Shown here piece by piece: positions 14,291 through 28,588 of a DNA stretch of 64,000 bases. The notes below the pieces were generated by a model. It had not been told where the DNA came from. It did no database searches and worked only from the letters and a program-made list of their open reading frames with translations. The position numbers and the translations under genes are program-made. Source of the DNA: Octopus vulgaris (lineage: Eukaryota); contig OX597818.1 in assembly GCA_951406725.2 (NCBI GenBank), positions 78,306,001 to 78,370,000 of the forward strand, in the 5' to 3' direction. Numbering within the stretch: position 1 is the stretch's first letter; each line of letters starts with the position of its first letter.

Positions 14291-14719
14291 GTCGATCTAC
14301 TTTATTTTCTTATCTTTTATCTTTTGCTGCAGCTTTATGTGGTTACTTACATATCAACTTACATGCAGTACCAGATATAAGATATGGCTTTGAAGAGTTT
14401 AGTCGAAAAAATCGATGTTAGTTCTTATTTTTAAGTCTGGCACTATTCTAACGGTTTCATTTGTCGAACTGGTACTGGGATGTGAGTTGATTACTTCGAT
14501 ACCAGTGCTCAAATGTTACTTATTTTATCGACCCCACAATAATGAAAGGCATAGTCGACCGTGACGGTATTTGAACTCAGAACATAAAGCCAGAAGAAAT
14601 ACCGCTTTGCATTTTTGTCTGATGTGCTTACAAGTCTATCAGCTCACCGCCCTTAAATTGGATTAAATGATAATGATAAAATTAATTGATGGATTCTTAT
14701 TCTTGAGATTTAATAACAG

Positions 14720-14823
14720 CGGATCTTCACAATACTTTAAGAACTTGTCAAAGGTTTCTTAAAGAACAGAGAATGATATGAAATAACTGTTACATGATCC
14801 TCCATTGTTAACCTCGATTGAAG
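14720..14823 (+). pseudogene. SLC9C-like pseudo-exon after the voltage sensor
   Basis: taataacag acceptor; gaag|gtattg donor (phase 1, compatible with 21422); DLHNTLRTCQRFL/…LLHDPPLLTSIE with a frameshift and a stop. Confidence 0.3.
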
Positions 14824-15620
14824 GTATTGTTTGTTTTTCTGTAATAGTTTCCGTGCATTCACAACAATGGAGGTAATTTTCGCTCAAAGACTCAAACAGT
14901 TTTCTTACAAATTACCAATGTATTTCGCTATTTTCGTTTCTGCTATCACATGGTGTGATACAGATCACATTATTAGTCTTCTCTGTTACTATCCCTGTTA
15001 TAACCAGCTCTTTAAAGCATAATTTTCAGTAAGAGCTGTTTTTCGTCTTTCGTGCCTACGATAGAAATCACAATCATTTAAATTATTATCATTATCATTA
15101 TTAATCATCATTATAATCGTTGCCAATTATGAACCAACATCTTTCTATTTCTTATTTATTCACCTCAGTTATGAAAAACAAAAGTTTAAAACGCAATTTC
15201 TCTTGGAAATTATGTCTTAAAAATGATATTTTCGTTGGACACAATTCTATATTGTATAAAATTATATGTATTTACTCACACACAAAAACCATAATGTATT
15301 TATACTTTTATTAACCATATATTCTTCTGTGCTGTAACCAATAAATGAAAAAGCAAAAAGAAACGAAAAAATTATATTATTGTATTTAATTGGTTATCTT
15401 GTAAATTTTATTTGATATAAGTAAAAAATAAAATAAATTTACACGTTAACAATAACAAACTTTTTCTGTGTCAGCCTCATTTTTTATACTAATTCTAACG
15501 TGTCAAAAGCTTGAAGTATATAATTTCTACAGAAAAACTCACACATAGGTCTGTTATGGCCCCTAGGACTCATAAGATCAGTGCCTAACCCAGTTTCTAT
15601 GAAATATAGGTGACAGAGAT

Positions 15621-16258
15621 TACAAGGTGGTATCAAAAAGTTCCCGGACTAGTTATGTTTAATAAAAAAATTAATTTATTTATCTAAGTTTAAACATCAT
15701 CTCCTTCGAAACAGTCACCTTGCGCAATAATATACCAGTCCCAGCGTTCCTGCCACTTTTGGAATCCGGTCTGGAAATCGTTTTCCGTAAGTGAGTCGAG
15801 GATCTTCTGCAATTCGCTCTGGACATCAACAACGGCATTAAGACAGCGACCTTTGGGGAAGACATGGAAATCCGCAGGTTCTAAACCTTGCGAATAGGGC
15901 GGCTGTGGAAGCGATTACCAAGTTTTTGGCGAGAAACTTACGAGTGAGGAGAACTTGGGGACAGGGTGTATTGTTGTCGTGAAGAATCCAATTCTTCGTG
16001 CTCCACAGATCCAGTCGCTTTCACGGAATGTCCTCTCGATTGACGATTTGGCGCTGGGGGGAACTAATTCTCGATGCAGAATATCGTGGATGTTGGAAAA
16101 AAACAATGTGCATGCTCTTGATTGAGTTTTGGCTCTGTCGTGCCGTTTGAAACGCCAGTGCTACACGAAACATTGTGTACAACCCATTGCCTCGTCGCCG
16201 TAAGCTTGCTGAAGCATGCTCAATGTCTCTGTAACAGACTTCCCAAGTTTAACGCAAT
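15621..16258 (-). mobile_element. Internally deleted mariner element (3' end)
   Basis: TIR tacaaggtggtatcaaaaagttcccggact; PYSQGLEPADF (YSPDL-like) and FQKWQERWDWYIIAQGDCFEGD C-terminus. Confidence 0.85.
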
Positions 16259-17013
16259 GTGAAATGAAGTGTTTTGCTCAGAAACACGACGTATCACCCG
16301 GTCCTGGGATCGAAACCACAACTTAGAAAGACGTGGCAGGATTTGAATTCAGATTGCAAATTACTGAACCAAATGCCGCAAGACATCTGGGCCGATGTTT
16401 ATACATTCCATCAAAACACCATGCTGGACTTGTGAAATTTTATCGGCCCCAAAAAGAGGGAAGACAAAGTTGGACCTCAGTAGGATTTCAGCCCAGCACG
16501 AAGAAATTCGGAAGGTATTCTATCCGACATTCTAACATTTCTACAAATTTGTCTCCTAGTGTTGTGTAGCATTGTAATTTGTTGAATTCAAGTTATTTGT
16601 ATACTTCTTACACTGGATCTACTCACTTGGTTGTGTCCATGATGGGGTAGGGAAGTTCTTAAAGCACATTTCAGTCAATCTGTAAATATTCAGATAACAT
16701 TTGGTCTTCATATTAATGTGGTTGTTATATAACCCTAGGCCAATTCCAATTGACCAGGGTCAAAGCTGTTCCAGCCGTAACAATCTCGTCATCTTGTACA
16801 TCCAGTTTATCTAGGAGTGCATTATCTAACATCCTCTGTGTTGTTGTTTAGCACCAGGTGATTCTCATCCAACATACACATTATCAAAGCTATTCCATCC
16901 TACCTTTCAATCAGGTTATAGTGTATAGTTCTATAGTTAAGAGATGAGGAATTATGTACATTATTTACATTATTTACATTTGACAGATATTAGTCCACAT
17001 CTTCTTTGTTGTT

Positions 17014-17059
17014 AACACAACGTTTCGGCTGATATACCCTCCAACCTTCATCAGGTGCC
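17014..17059 (-). ncRNA. Minimal type I hammerhead ribozyme
   Basis: ggcac CUGAUGA a-gguug…cagcc GAAAC GUU guguu; palindromic ACGU stem III. Confidence 0.75.
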
Positions 17060-17129
17060 TTCGGGAAATTTCGAACCTGGGTTATTCTTATTCATGTCAC
17101 TGCCTGGGTTCGATTCCAGGCAGTGACCC

Positions 17130-17230
<101 letters not shown>

Positions 17231-17277
17231 TCGAAAAATACCTTAGGAATGAGAAACCAGGTTCGAAATTTCCCCAA

Positions 17278-17323
17278 GATACCTGATGAAGGCTGGAGGG
17301 TATATCAGCCGAAACGTTGTGTT
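17278..17323 (+). ncRNA. Minimal type I hammerhead ribozyme
   Basis: gauac CUGAUGA a-ggcug-gaggguauau-cagcc GAAAC GUU guguu. Confidence 0.78.
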
Positions 17324-17759
17324 AGCAACAAACAAGATGAGGACAAATAGCCGTCGAATATAAATAATGTAAATAAGGTAAAGTGTATCTCGTACTACAT
17401 TACCTATATATGTTCTTCTGTGTTGTTTCGTATCAGATGAATTCTCATCAAACATACATATGACCACCAGTGAGCATGCCTCTACTCAGACAGACGAAGA
17501 GTATCTTGGAATAAAACGGGCAACTTGAATGGAGACTTGGACACATGTTGGGATTGCAAGGGAGTGGTCGGTAGGGAGAGGAACTGGAAGTAAGAGACTC
17601 GTGGACCTGCTCAAAATATTCCAAATGTATGACAGCTACAGACGGGATATTCCGAATGTGACAATGTGGACTTGGAGAAATCAAACCGGATCATCCAGAA
17701 GTTATATAAAGTTTAAGTCAGTGAATATCATATAATGTAGGATGTCAACAACTATACAG

Positions 17760-18480
17760 ACTACACGTTTGATATCTGCTTGGCCAACCAAGAGAGAATC
17801 ATAAGTAGAATCAAGTTAGTGGAATAGGAATACGCTATGCCCAGCGCTGAAAGTCTACAGTGAGTTAAATAGAGAAATAATTCAGCTGGAATTGACGAAG
17901 AGGATCGTCAACAACCAGTTGTGAATGGCTCTGAAGTGAACTATTAAAGATTAATCGGTAGGGTGTGGCAAAAATGTAGCGATAAAGGGCAATAGATTAG
18001 AGGAAAGGTAGTCAACTGATTGGAAGAAACAGAAAAGGTAACGTGAAATAACTCCACTGCTTCTTCGAAGCGAAATACAAAGGTGTCATTTTGTCAAAGC
18101 TTGCGTACGTACTATTAGACACAAAGAAAGAAAGCTATTGATGGGTTTCAATGAAAGAAACGCGCTGTGGAAGGAAAGTTACACAAATGAAATGCCGTGG
18201 CAAGTTAAACGGTAAGTACCTGCTATTCGAATCCAGGCAAATGCTAGAAGTTTTGTCTTAGCAATTCCTACTTGCAGCTGTAGACCAGAAATGGTGAACT
18301 TTGGAGCTCGTTGAGACAGTAAGCCGCAGCACTCGGCGGAAGTAGTAAAGACTTGCGAAAGAAACGATAACGGTAGGTGGGGTATGGTTGACAGTGAAAG
18401 ATTATATGAAAGGCAGACCGTCTAATTTGGATGACACACTTTACGAACTTTATGGATATGCAACAAATTCCGTCCCTTAT
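17760..18480 (-). mobile_element. Decayed CR1/Jockey-type LINE RT remnant
   Basis: Traces of YRP-like and SSNLLPFIATFL segments; heavily mutated. Confidence 0.3.
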
Positions 18481-18489
18481 GATACAGCG

Positions 18490-19625
18490 TAGAGAAGATG
18501 GGCTAAAAATCTGACTTCGGTTGTGCTTTGATCTGTGATAAAATCTAGTAACTGCGCTTATCTAAGGACTTACAAAGTACTCAAAATACTGTAACCAAAA
18601 ACCACCTCATTTTCACCATTTTCAGTCGAAAAATACACGTTATTGTCCATTTGAAAAATCAACAAAAATGTTGAATTTCATTGAAAATAAATAAAAATGT
18701 ATAAACCAATATAGTCAAATAAGACAAATTTAGTTACCAAAATCATCATAATTTTCACTATAAGAGCTCTCAGAAGCAAAGGAAGTCCTCATAAGGCGGT
18801 TTAGGGCTTTGGCCAAAATGTGTTTGTGACTTGATTCGAGACCATAAATAGTATGGGAAACTTCAGATGTCAGCTTCACTGCCCTTTCAACACTCTGAGA
18901 ATGTGAAGGCAAATCAGGCAGTTCCAGCTTGTTGTCATTCAGTAATGCTTCTCGAAGTTCCTGGTCAGAAATGTCTTCTGTGACAGCAGGTTCACAAGTC
19001 CTACATCATATTAAGGACGAGCAGGTAGCTTACAGGTGCAAGCAGAAATATGAAAAAAATTATCCATCTCTTCCCAGGGGGAGCCGTGGGTTCACTGACT
19101 GCCAGATCCCAATTACATCCTTCGCTATTATTTTCGCAATATCATAGTCTTTCAAGTATGGGTGGCTGTTTTGGTGGAAATAACTGCACTGAATAACTGG
19201 AGGAGGGCAAGGGGCTCTGTTTTATCTAAAGGGGAAGGCTGGCTACCGAATCTTTTTGACACTATCACTTCGAGTTAATTCTGCAGACTTCCTTTTTCTA
19301 TCCATTTTAATGAAAAATTTGAAAATAATTTAATTAAAAAAGAATTTGATTGGCAGCGAGTACAAAATAATACATCAATAAACATCTATAAAGCATTTAA
19401 GCAAGTTTCAAGCATTGTCTTTTAATTGGTTATTTTGATTAAATAAGGTCCAGTGGTTGGCTTTTTATGTATAAAATTATACAATTTTACAACTTAAAAA
19501 TAACTGAGAATCTCCAAAAGATAGAATCATTTTCATAAATAAGAGTTAATGCAACATTTTCTACACATTAATGCCTTTCTATCTAGACTAGTCCAAAATT
19601 ACAGTTCCAAAATCGACCTACCCTA
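18490..19625 (-). mobile_element. hAT (hATm-like) DNA transposon remnant
   Basis: ORF 18730-18912 PSHSQSVERAVKLTSEVS matches the hATm-type C-terminus; TAGGGT terminus at 19625. Confidence 0.6.
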
Positions 19626-19732
19626 ATATATATATATATATATATATATATGGTTTAAATATAAGAAAAACAGACAGGTGAGGGAACAACATACAAGGTG
19701 TACTAATTTGATGCTCAGAAATAAATGGAAAA

Positions 19733-19770
19733 GTCAGTGACGTTTCAAGCCTACGCTCTTCGACAGGAAG
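19733..19770 (-). ncRNA. Hammerhead-like motif with mutated core
   Basis: CUGUCGA a-gagc-guag-gcuu GAAAC GUC. Confidence 0.4.
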
Positions 19771-19985
19771 GAACGAGGAGAGAAAATGGAGTGAAAGATA
19801 AAACGTGTCCGGATTAACGAATCCACATGTCGAAACTATGTGTGTGTGTGCGTGTGTGTGTGTGCGTGTATGCGTGCGTGTGTGCGTGTGTGTGTGTGTG
19901 TATGTATATACATACATATATACATATATACATACATACATACATACATACATGCACATATGTATTTATATTTATATTACACATA

Positions 19986-20190
19986 CAATAATCCCTCGAC
20001 TATCGCGGTTGTTACGTTCAAAAACCACCCACGATAACTGAAAAGTAGAAACAGTACTGTTCTGTAAATTTTTTAAAAATTATTTTTATAATTTGTATAT
20101 ATTTATTCTATTATAAATGTAAAAAGGAAAAGACGTAAGCTTAAATAATAAACTGCGACACGTGAACCGCGATATGGCGAGGGATTACTA
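19986..20190. mobile_element. Tigger/pogo-type MITE
   Basis: TIRs caataatccctcgactatcgcgg / ccgcgatatggcgagggattact, TA at left flank. Confidence 0.75.
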
Positions 20191-20199
20191 TGAGTGTAT

Positions 20200-20242
<43 letters not shown>

Positions 20243-20254
20243 CATGTATGTATG

Positions 20255-20293
<39 letters not shown>

Positions 20294-20307
20294 ATATACA
20301 CTCATAT

Positions 20308-20562
20308 AATTTACTTCCTGCGACGATTTCATCTCAATCGAAGGAGAGGAGCTTTCTCCGTCCGGGTTGCGGATCCGTGGAACAAGCTGCCAGACGAGAT
20401 GGTGAAGATGCCGACGACCGCTTTGTTCAAAGCCTCCCTGGACCTCAAGTGGCCTGAACTCTTTACATGAACACCACCCTGTACTTAACTCCATGTCCCC
20501 CTACATGGCCTTGCTATTTGCTTTTGAGCCAAATTAACTAACTAACTAACTAACTTACTAAC
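20308..20562 (+). mobile_element. CR1-clade LINE 3' end
   Basis: RRRGAFSVRVADPWNKLPDEMV…FKASLD* followed by a short 3' UTR and (AACT)n tail. Confidence 0.85.
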
Positions 20563-20622
20563 TTCTGGATTTATACATTTACATACACAAATGCTTATAC
20601 ATGCATACACACATATTTTCAT

Positions 20623-20703
<81 letters not shown>

Positions 20704-20726
20704 AATACATACTTACACAAACACTT

Positions 20727-20794
<68 letters not shown>

Positions 20795-21157
20795 GATGTA
20801 TGTATGTATGTATGTATGTATGTATGTATGTATGTATGTATCCGGTACAAGACACGTGTATCGGTACGCTGGAGGAGGCACGAATCCTTTCTTGAAATAC
20901 TAATACTTTGGTTTCAAGAGAAATGGGCGTCTGTCATGTTATCTGATGCACGCTACAGAACACATTTTTCTTTAGAACTTAAAGTGGTCTATAGCCACCG
21001 CCCTTCAATGAATGAGGCGGTCCTTAGACAAAGAGCAATTCTCCAAGTCCAGTTGTCTGAGTTCATCTCGAAATCTTAGAGGAATACTTTGGCGGAAGGA
21101 GAGCTAGCAATAAACAATAACAAGAACAAAAGTAATATTATTGTTATTATTATTATT

Positions 21158-21233
<76 letters not shown>

Positions 21234-21421
21234 GTAATAATAATAATAATATGACCCTGGGGTAGTAAGTGTGTAGGTAATAGTATAAAATAATTAAATA
21301 TTAGAATATGAAGAAGGGGATGTATGCAAATGAAGTTAAAATATTAATTTGATGAAAATTAAGACAATTGCTATCCACTTGAAATACTCCAAAAACTCAC
21401 ATGTTTTTCACAATATAAAAG

Positions 21422-21571
21422 CATCAGTGGCTGACATTCTTCAGGACAAAGACTTCTGTGAATCAGGTGTTATTGAAGCTGTAACAGTTATCATCATGTC
21501 TTCCATAGAACCGATTCTCAACTCTGCCAAGAATACAGCTGCCATGTATTTCAACAACCAATACAGAAATG
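21422..21571 (+). CDS. Candidate start-codon exon of the ACCS-like gene (also resembles an SLC9C exon)
   Basis: Stop-free 50 codons (SVADILQDKDFCESGVIEAVTVIIMSSIEPILNSAKNTAAMYFNNQYRN). ATGs at 21496 and 21544 (gccATG). Strong phase-1 donor G|GTAAGT matches the phase-1 acceptor at 34797 (G+AG=Glu). Confidence 0.45.
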
Positions 21572-22037
21572 GTAAGTCTGTATTTTATTGTGCATGTGTT
21601 TTTCTTGGGAATTTTTGTTTTCGGATTATATGTGTGTGTGTGTGTGAGTGTCTCTGCGTATGTATATATGTATGTATGCACGCGCTCATGCATGTATGTG
21701 TATATATATGCATGTATGTATATGTGTGTGTATGTATAACTATACATACATTCATACATATCTATATCTATATATATATATACATACATATATATATATA
21801 TATAAATGAAATAATGGAGTTGAACGACGATTTAACAAATTTCCTTTATTTTGTTAAATCGTCGTTCAACTCCATTCTTTCATTTATTTGTATTAAAAAA
21901 AACACACAAATTTCCACACGAAAGCACGTGATCTCTGCCCTTGGCATGTAGCTTCAACCGTGTTTTTCTGACGTGAATTTGCTACCCAGGTATGGGTTAA
22001 CCGAATTATCCATACTAAGATAATTCATTCAACTACT

Positions 22038-22105
<68 letters not shown>

Positions 22106-22336
22106 TACATAAATACGTATGTTGTGTATATATGAGATGCATATATTCTATTGTTCTATATATTCTTTGATTTTACTTTGATATATTTACATACACACAT
22201 ATATATGTTTGTGTATATGTATATATATATATATGCTTTATAGTATAGCACATATCTATTTATAATATTTACATGAAAATTATTATTATTATTATTATTA
22301 TTATTATGCTTGTTGTTGTTGTTGTTGTTGATATTG

Positions 22337-22708
22337 TTATTACCTCCGCCTTAACGAAAGCGGAGGTATTGTTTTCAGTCGCGTTTGGTTATGTTTTTGT
22401 GCATGGACAAAATACCTGAAGAACCGCAGGATGGATTTGGATGAAACTTTCAGGGATGTTTGGCCTCGTGACTGGTACAAACTGATCAGGTTTTGGGATT
22501 GATCCGGTACCGGACAAGGTTTCTGGATTATTTTTCTGTTTTTTTTTACTTAGTTTTTGCGAGCGGTCGGGTTCATTTATAGTATTCTCGTTTGTGAGAG
22601 CAGTCGAATTTAGTTCAGATATTCTCATTTAAAAATAATTTCCGGCTAATCGTTGAGAGGACGTTGGTGATTCTTGGCAGAGGTTTGCACTCTCTGAGTG
22701 CTTTTGTT
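22337..22708 (+). mobile_element. Non-autonomous Helentron/DINE-like element
   Basis: 5' ttattacctccgcc…gcggagg hairpin, 3' subterminal ggcagagg and gcactc-tct-gagtgc hairpin then TT. Confidence 0.75.
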
Positions 22709-22821
22709 ATTGTTAATCTTAAAGACTCTCGGATAGTTCTTAATTAACGGTTATTCTTTACTTGAAAGCAGATAATAACAAATCACCAAATGTTTCAAGT
22801 AGTGCCTTCTGCAGTGGCTCA

Positions 22822-23615
22822 AAGAGACAATACTCTCCTTAGAATGCGAGTTGTACTCAACAATGCCGTCTTCTGGATCACTTCGAGCCTGACAGCAGCT
22901 CTAATATTCTTAATATGTTTTTAAAAGCCCTTAGAAACTGCCCCTAAGGCTCCAATTACCACCGGTATCCCCATACTTTCCTCATGCCCCATAACTTTCT
23001 TATCTCATCTCGCAGTGACTGGTACTTCTCAGTTTTATCTGTTTCCTTACATTCCACCCTCGAATCGCCTGGTATTGCAACATCTATTATCTTTACTTCT
23101 GTCTCATTTTTATGGATGAGCACGATATCCCTTCGTCTCGCCCCTGTGACTTGGTCTCATTGCATGTTGAAATCCCAGATTATTTTGTAATGTTCGTTCT
23201 CTATTACTCCCTGTGGCTTGTGTTCATATCATTGTTCGGCTATCTCGAGGTTTGCTTTACCGCACAACTGCCAGTGGAGATATATGGCCACATTGTCGTG
23301 TCTCCTTTCATATTCGCATTGAACGAGCCTACAACAGTCACTAAAAATATGGCCCATACTTTCTCTCTTGTCAGAGTACATCGTACACTGTGGCGAGTCA
23401 GTGCTTTTATCAATGTGATATTTGGAGTAGTTTGTTCTCAGAGCTTGTTCTTGAGTGCTGCACACCAATGCCTCAGTGGGGCCTTTTAATTCTCCTTTCT
23501 GCAGCCATTGCCAGGTTCTATTCCAATCAGCCACATCTTTATTCTTCAAGAACTGACTGTGCGTTTTCTTGTCCTGCCATATCTTCTTCATCTGCTTTCT
23601 ACGGCTTCGTTCACT
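22822..23615 (-). mobile_element. R4/Dong-clade non-LTR retrotransposon fragment (CCHC + RLE endonuclease)
   Basis: QEQALRTN…RHDNVAIYLHWQLC…IIDVAIPGD…KTEKY…VIGALG…TRILRRVL. Confidence 0.85.
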
Positions 23616-24337
23616 TTTAAGGTTCTTGTGTTGGATCTACGGCTTGGACATGTTACCTTGAAGCTGCATTCTGACACTTCATCACAACCATATTTATCTC
23701 CCTTCCTGACACCACTCTTGAAGTGGATCTCTCAGTTCCCCATATATTGTTTCTAGTGTAACTAGGGATGACACAGGATCTATCTAACCCTCTCTCCAAC
23801 ACTCCAGCACTCCATCCCCACCTCTCTCTTCTTTATCTTCCTAACTCTCTCACTGTCTTGAGGTATGTACTTAAGGATCCTCATCAGACCTGTAAGCACT
23901 TCATACACTCAAGCTATATTTCCCCACTGACAATTTGGTATCAAAATTTATCATTCACTCTCAATATTTATCCACTCTGACACTCCTATCCTCTCTGGCA
24001 CCAGCGCCATGATAATAGAGAGGGAAGTGTTGTCTTGTAGTAAGTTTGTTGAAAGGTGGATGGATGTTGGAAGAATGGCCAGTGTGAAAGGACCAATTCT
24101 GAGCGTGCACCTGTAAACAAAAGAAGGGCACTTGCCCTGTTGTTCAGGCACCCGTAGCTTTTGTGGGGTTTTCTACGAGGTCCTTAAAGCTATTGGGAGT
24201 TTTAAATTGTTTGATTTTTTATCGTTATTTATATTGTTTACAAGTTGTAAAACACATTGTACCGTCCTGTTTTTGTCTTTTATGTTGTATGTGTTTTAAT
24301 GTAATTTTTTTAAGCCCTTGTGGCCAATAAATGAATT

Positions 24338-24351
24338 TATTATTATTATTA

Positions 24352-24394
<43 letters not shown>

Positions 24395-24618
24395 CATTAA
24401 GTAGTTTTATTTTTATAGCGTGCTTTCACTTCACTACCGAGCGCAGCTCTGTGTGCCTTAGGTATGTGCTGTGATTTGTTGTGATGCTCTGATGGTTATT
24501 GTATGGAAAGTGTTCTGCGTAGGATGTGTGCAGTGCCTAGTAGTGCAATTTTCTGTATGTTATATGTGTTTGTAAGTCCTGGTGTTTTTGTTATGTATTT
24601 GTCTGAATATTTTTTTAA
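24338..24618 (-). mobile_element. R4/Dong 3' end with (TAA)n tail
   Basis: IQKIALLGTAHILRRTLSIQ* followed by a UTR and (TAA)n. Confidence 0.8.
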
Positions 24619-24619
24619 A

Positions 24620-24727
<108 letters not shown>

Positions 24728-27342
24728 TAATCAACATTTGGTAGTTTGAGACAAATTTCTACTGCATCACCTGCTACACCTCCGCGTTGCTGTGGTGTGT
24801 GTAGCATAGTATGTTCTTTTCTGTTGTTGGGAGAGTGCAAACTCTTCCCAGTATTGTTTTGTGTTAGTTTTTTTTCTCTTGATGTTTGGTGCAGTCTTTT
24901 GTCGTACTATTGCTTGTATAGTGTTTTGAGTGTGCAATGCGTTGGTTATCTAGTTTGCTGGTGGAAGTTTATTTCCCTGGGTAATTGCTGTATAGTGTTG
25001 TCTTGTGTTTGTGGGTTGTTTTGTTTAGGATGTATTATTGAATTGAATTGCATAGGACGTGGGATATTCCTAGCAGGGCTATTTTTTCCGATAGTGTGTT
25101 GTGTTGAGGATCCAAATATAACTTCAACGTTTTTGTTCATATGTTTTTTATCTTGCCCAATGCTCCAATTATTAATTGCATTGTTTTCTCCTTCATATCA
25201 CATATCTTGAATACTTCAATTTCAAGGTCTTTGTACTTTAATAATTTTTTCACTTCTTTTTGGACAATATTTTGATCAGAAGGGACTGTAATGTCTATCA
25301 GTAAGCAGAATATTTTCCAATCCTTGATTATTATGCTTGGGCGATTGACCTTTAATTCTTTGTCAGTTTGGACAGACATCCCAGATGATTATGGTCTGGT
25401 CGTTGTCTTGTACCTTATTTGGCACATGTTTATAACAAGTATTGTCAGCTTTAATGTTGTAATTTTGGCATATTGTCCAGTGGACATGACTATTTACTCA
25501 GTTGTGTCTGTATATATATATATTCAGATTTGACGAGGATTGGGCAGTCCGAAATTATGTGGTCAACTAACAAAATGTGCTGGTTGCACATTTTGCATTT
25601 GGTGTTAGGGCCTGTTTTCATTATTTTGCCTTTATAATTTTTTGTAGTCAGGCATTGGTCTTGTGCAGCGAGAATCAGTCCTTCCGTTTCAACCTTTAGG
25701 CCAAAGCTTTTGAGGAATTTGCTAAATAAAAGCAAATTCCTCTCTGTTAAGCTTTGCAGAGTGTTGGCCATGGAGTGACTTTTCTCTCCATTTCTTCTTC
25801 AATATCTTTTGTAATTCTATTTTAATGTTGTCTTTTGTCTCTTTGGCTATTTCTGCTATGTTGTCGTCTGAGATTAGTATATCAGTGTAGTTTGTTTCTG
25901 TTTTGTATTTTGTCGCTTCCTTGTGTATAGACAATTTTGATAAAGTTTCTCTGTTCCATGGTGCTTTTAGCAAAAGTTTTTAGGTCAACCATGTACAGGA
26001 GACAGTTTATTGTTTATCCACAGCACCTATAACCCAAGGGGGTTCCATTTAACAAGTTTGTTAACGGGTTTAAACAATGGCAGAAAAGTAGGGTTAACAG
26101 TGAGTCTCCCTGAAAAAACAGTGGGTCTTCCTTCTTATGGGTAGGTTTTAATGATCTGTGAGTAATTTTTTTAATGTTATACTGGTTTTCCAGTTTGCCA
26201 TTGCATATTTAATATATTTTAGTAGTGGTAGGGCTACCTTATTTGTGTGGAGAGATTCCAGTACCTTTGAGTGTGGAATACTGTCGAATGCTTTCTGGTA
26301 ACCAATCCAAGTCATATTCAGGTTTTTCTTTCTCCTCGTACACTCCTCTATAATGGCTCGATTTACCAGAAGTTGCTCCTTACAGCCATACATCCATCTC
26401 CGTCACCCTTTTTATTCTTCTGGTAAAACATTCTTCTGGTAAAACATTCCAGATGACTGATGTTAGAGTTTTGTAGGATGTTGATAAGCATGTTACAGGT
26501 CTGTAATTTTGTGGATGTACGGTGTATTTGTTTTTGGAAATTAAAGTGGTTTGTTCTTCCAACATCCAGTTTGGTGTTGATTCTGGCTCACTTATCAATA
26601 AATTGAATGATGCCGCTAAGTAGTTATGAGTACTGGTGAGGTGTTTCAACCAGAAGTTAGGGACCTTGTCCATACTTGGAGTTTTCCAGTTGCTGGTACT
26701 CCTCAGTGTGTCCGTGATCTCTTGGCCTGTGATGGTGGGCCATATCTGTGGTTCTATTTTGTTCTTCCTTTCCTTTTCCCTACTAATCCACTGAACATTT
26801 TTTTTTGTTTTGCTTGCTCCGTATTGCTTCCCAGTAGGATTGAATCACTGATGTTGTTGGCATGGCGTCTATTGATATAGCGCTTTTGTTTAGTATCCTA
26901 TAAAAACTTTTGTGTTTATTTTGAATTCCCTATTTTATTGGAAGAAGCGTTCCCGTTTGTTGTACCGTTTTATGCGGCAAGTTTTTGCTGCAATACCCTG
27001 CTTGCTTTTTTCTTTTATCTCCCAGGTTCCTTCTTTATTTTTTATGTTGTATTGTTTTGCTATATGGGCCTTTTTTCATATTTGATCCCGTTTTCTCTAG
27101 TTCACAAAGTAGTGATAAGTCTTTTGTTTCCGAATTTTATTTATTGTGATTTGTTTCCATTTTGGGGCTTGCGATTTGGGTGGGATTTTTTTCTTCGTAA
27201 GGGCCAAGTTCAGTTTCCCAGCTGTTTAGTAGATCAAGTCATTTAGTTTGTTGATCTCTTTTGGTTTTGTTTTTCGCTTGGGCAGTGACAATAGGAGAGG
27301 GTCTGCCTGTTCAAAGCTAACTTCTTGGCAGAACACCGTCTT
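24728..27342 (-). mobile_element. Decayed R4/Dong LINE (RT + RLE)
   Basis: NYRPVTCLST, GCKEQLL, YQKAFDSIPHS, AAQDQCL, CKMC…DHIISDC, RPSIII…LIDITVP, IIGALG. Confidence 0.9.
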
Positions 27343-27344
27343 TG

Positions 27345-27355
27345 ATAATAATAGC

Positions 27356-27452
<97 letters not shown>

Positions 27453-27465
27453 GATGATGATGATA

Positions 27466-27509
<44 letters not shown>

Positions 27510-27798
27510 AATGATAATAATAATAATAATTATTATTATTTCTTTAATAACCATAAGGTTTTACATTAAAAAAATATTATGGACAGTATGGGACAAAACA
27601 AAGAATGTGTGTGTGTGTATGTGTGTGAGTGTGTGTTGTTGTGAGGGTTTTACGTGTAAACAAGACGAACAAAATTTTTAAATCAACAATGTGTGACCCT
27701 CAATAGATAATAATCCTTTCTCAGCTCGCCGCCTTGGACAACAATAATAAAAATTATGAGAAAATAAAAAAAAACATTTATGAATATAGAGAGATGAG

Positions 27799-27829
<31 letters not shown>

Positions 27830-27839
27830 ATGAGAGAGG

Positions 27840-27884
<45 letters not shown>

Positions 27885-27968
27885 TGAGTGAGTGAAAGAG
27901 AAATAAAGATAGAAAAGCGTGGACAGTAAATCGTAAAGTACACGTACGTCCGGTCAGTAATAACTAAT

Positions 27969-28036
<68 letters not shown>

Positions 28037-28059
28037 TAGTGGTAGTAGTAGTAGTAGTG

Positions 28060-28142
<83 letters not shown>
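27345..28142. repeat. Compound microsatellite block (AAT/GAT)n, (GA)n, (AGT)n
   Basis: Direct reading. Confidence 0.95.
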
Positions 28143-28159
28143 CATTTATGTTGTGTAGC

Positions 28160-28325
28160 TTTAGGGCTACTTTGAATAAGCTAAAGGAGAATGGTCTGAA
28201 CAACTGTATGTTATCCACAGATCAATAACTCAGAATGTGCAATATTTGGTTTAGGACCATGTTGCACTTCCTAACGTGCAATGATCGATTGCATATGACA
28301 TATGTCTAACGTTGTGCACATATTG
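28160..28325 (+). pseudogene. Cyclic-nucleotide-binding-domain relic
   Basis: KGEWSEQLYVI resembles the CNBD xGDxxDxLYxI motif; the downstream frameshifted MLHFLTCNDR resembles GEMGVLTxxPR. Confidence 0.4.
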
Positions 28326-28588
28326 TTCTTATTTGTTGTCATTGTTGGTCAACCTTAATTTCAGTACGCCTTTGATCAAAGTTGTTCCAACCATAATCTT
28401 CCTGCCATTGTATAGCTTCGATTTTATTATCAATATGGTATATCACTTTCAAGATAGCAGGGTATGATTTGAGGGAGAGTTCGCTACTGTTTTAGCAGAT
28501 CAAGCGACTAGGGTACCAATTAGTATTTATGTAAACTGAACCGGCATAAAATTTAGTGTTTCTGTTTTAAAATATACTAACCTACCAG

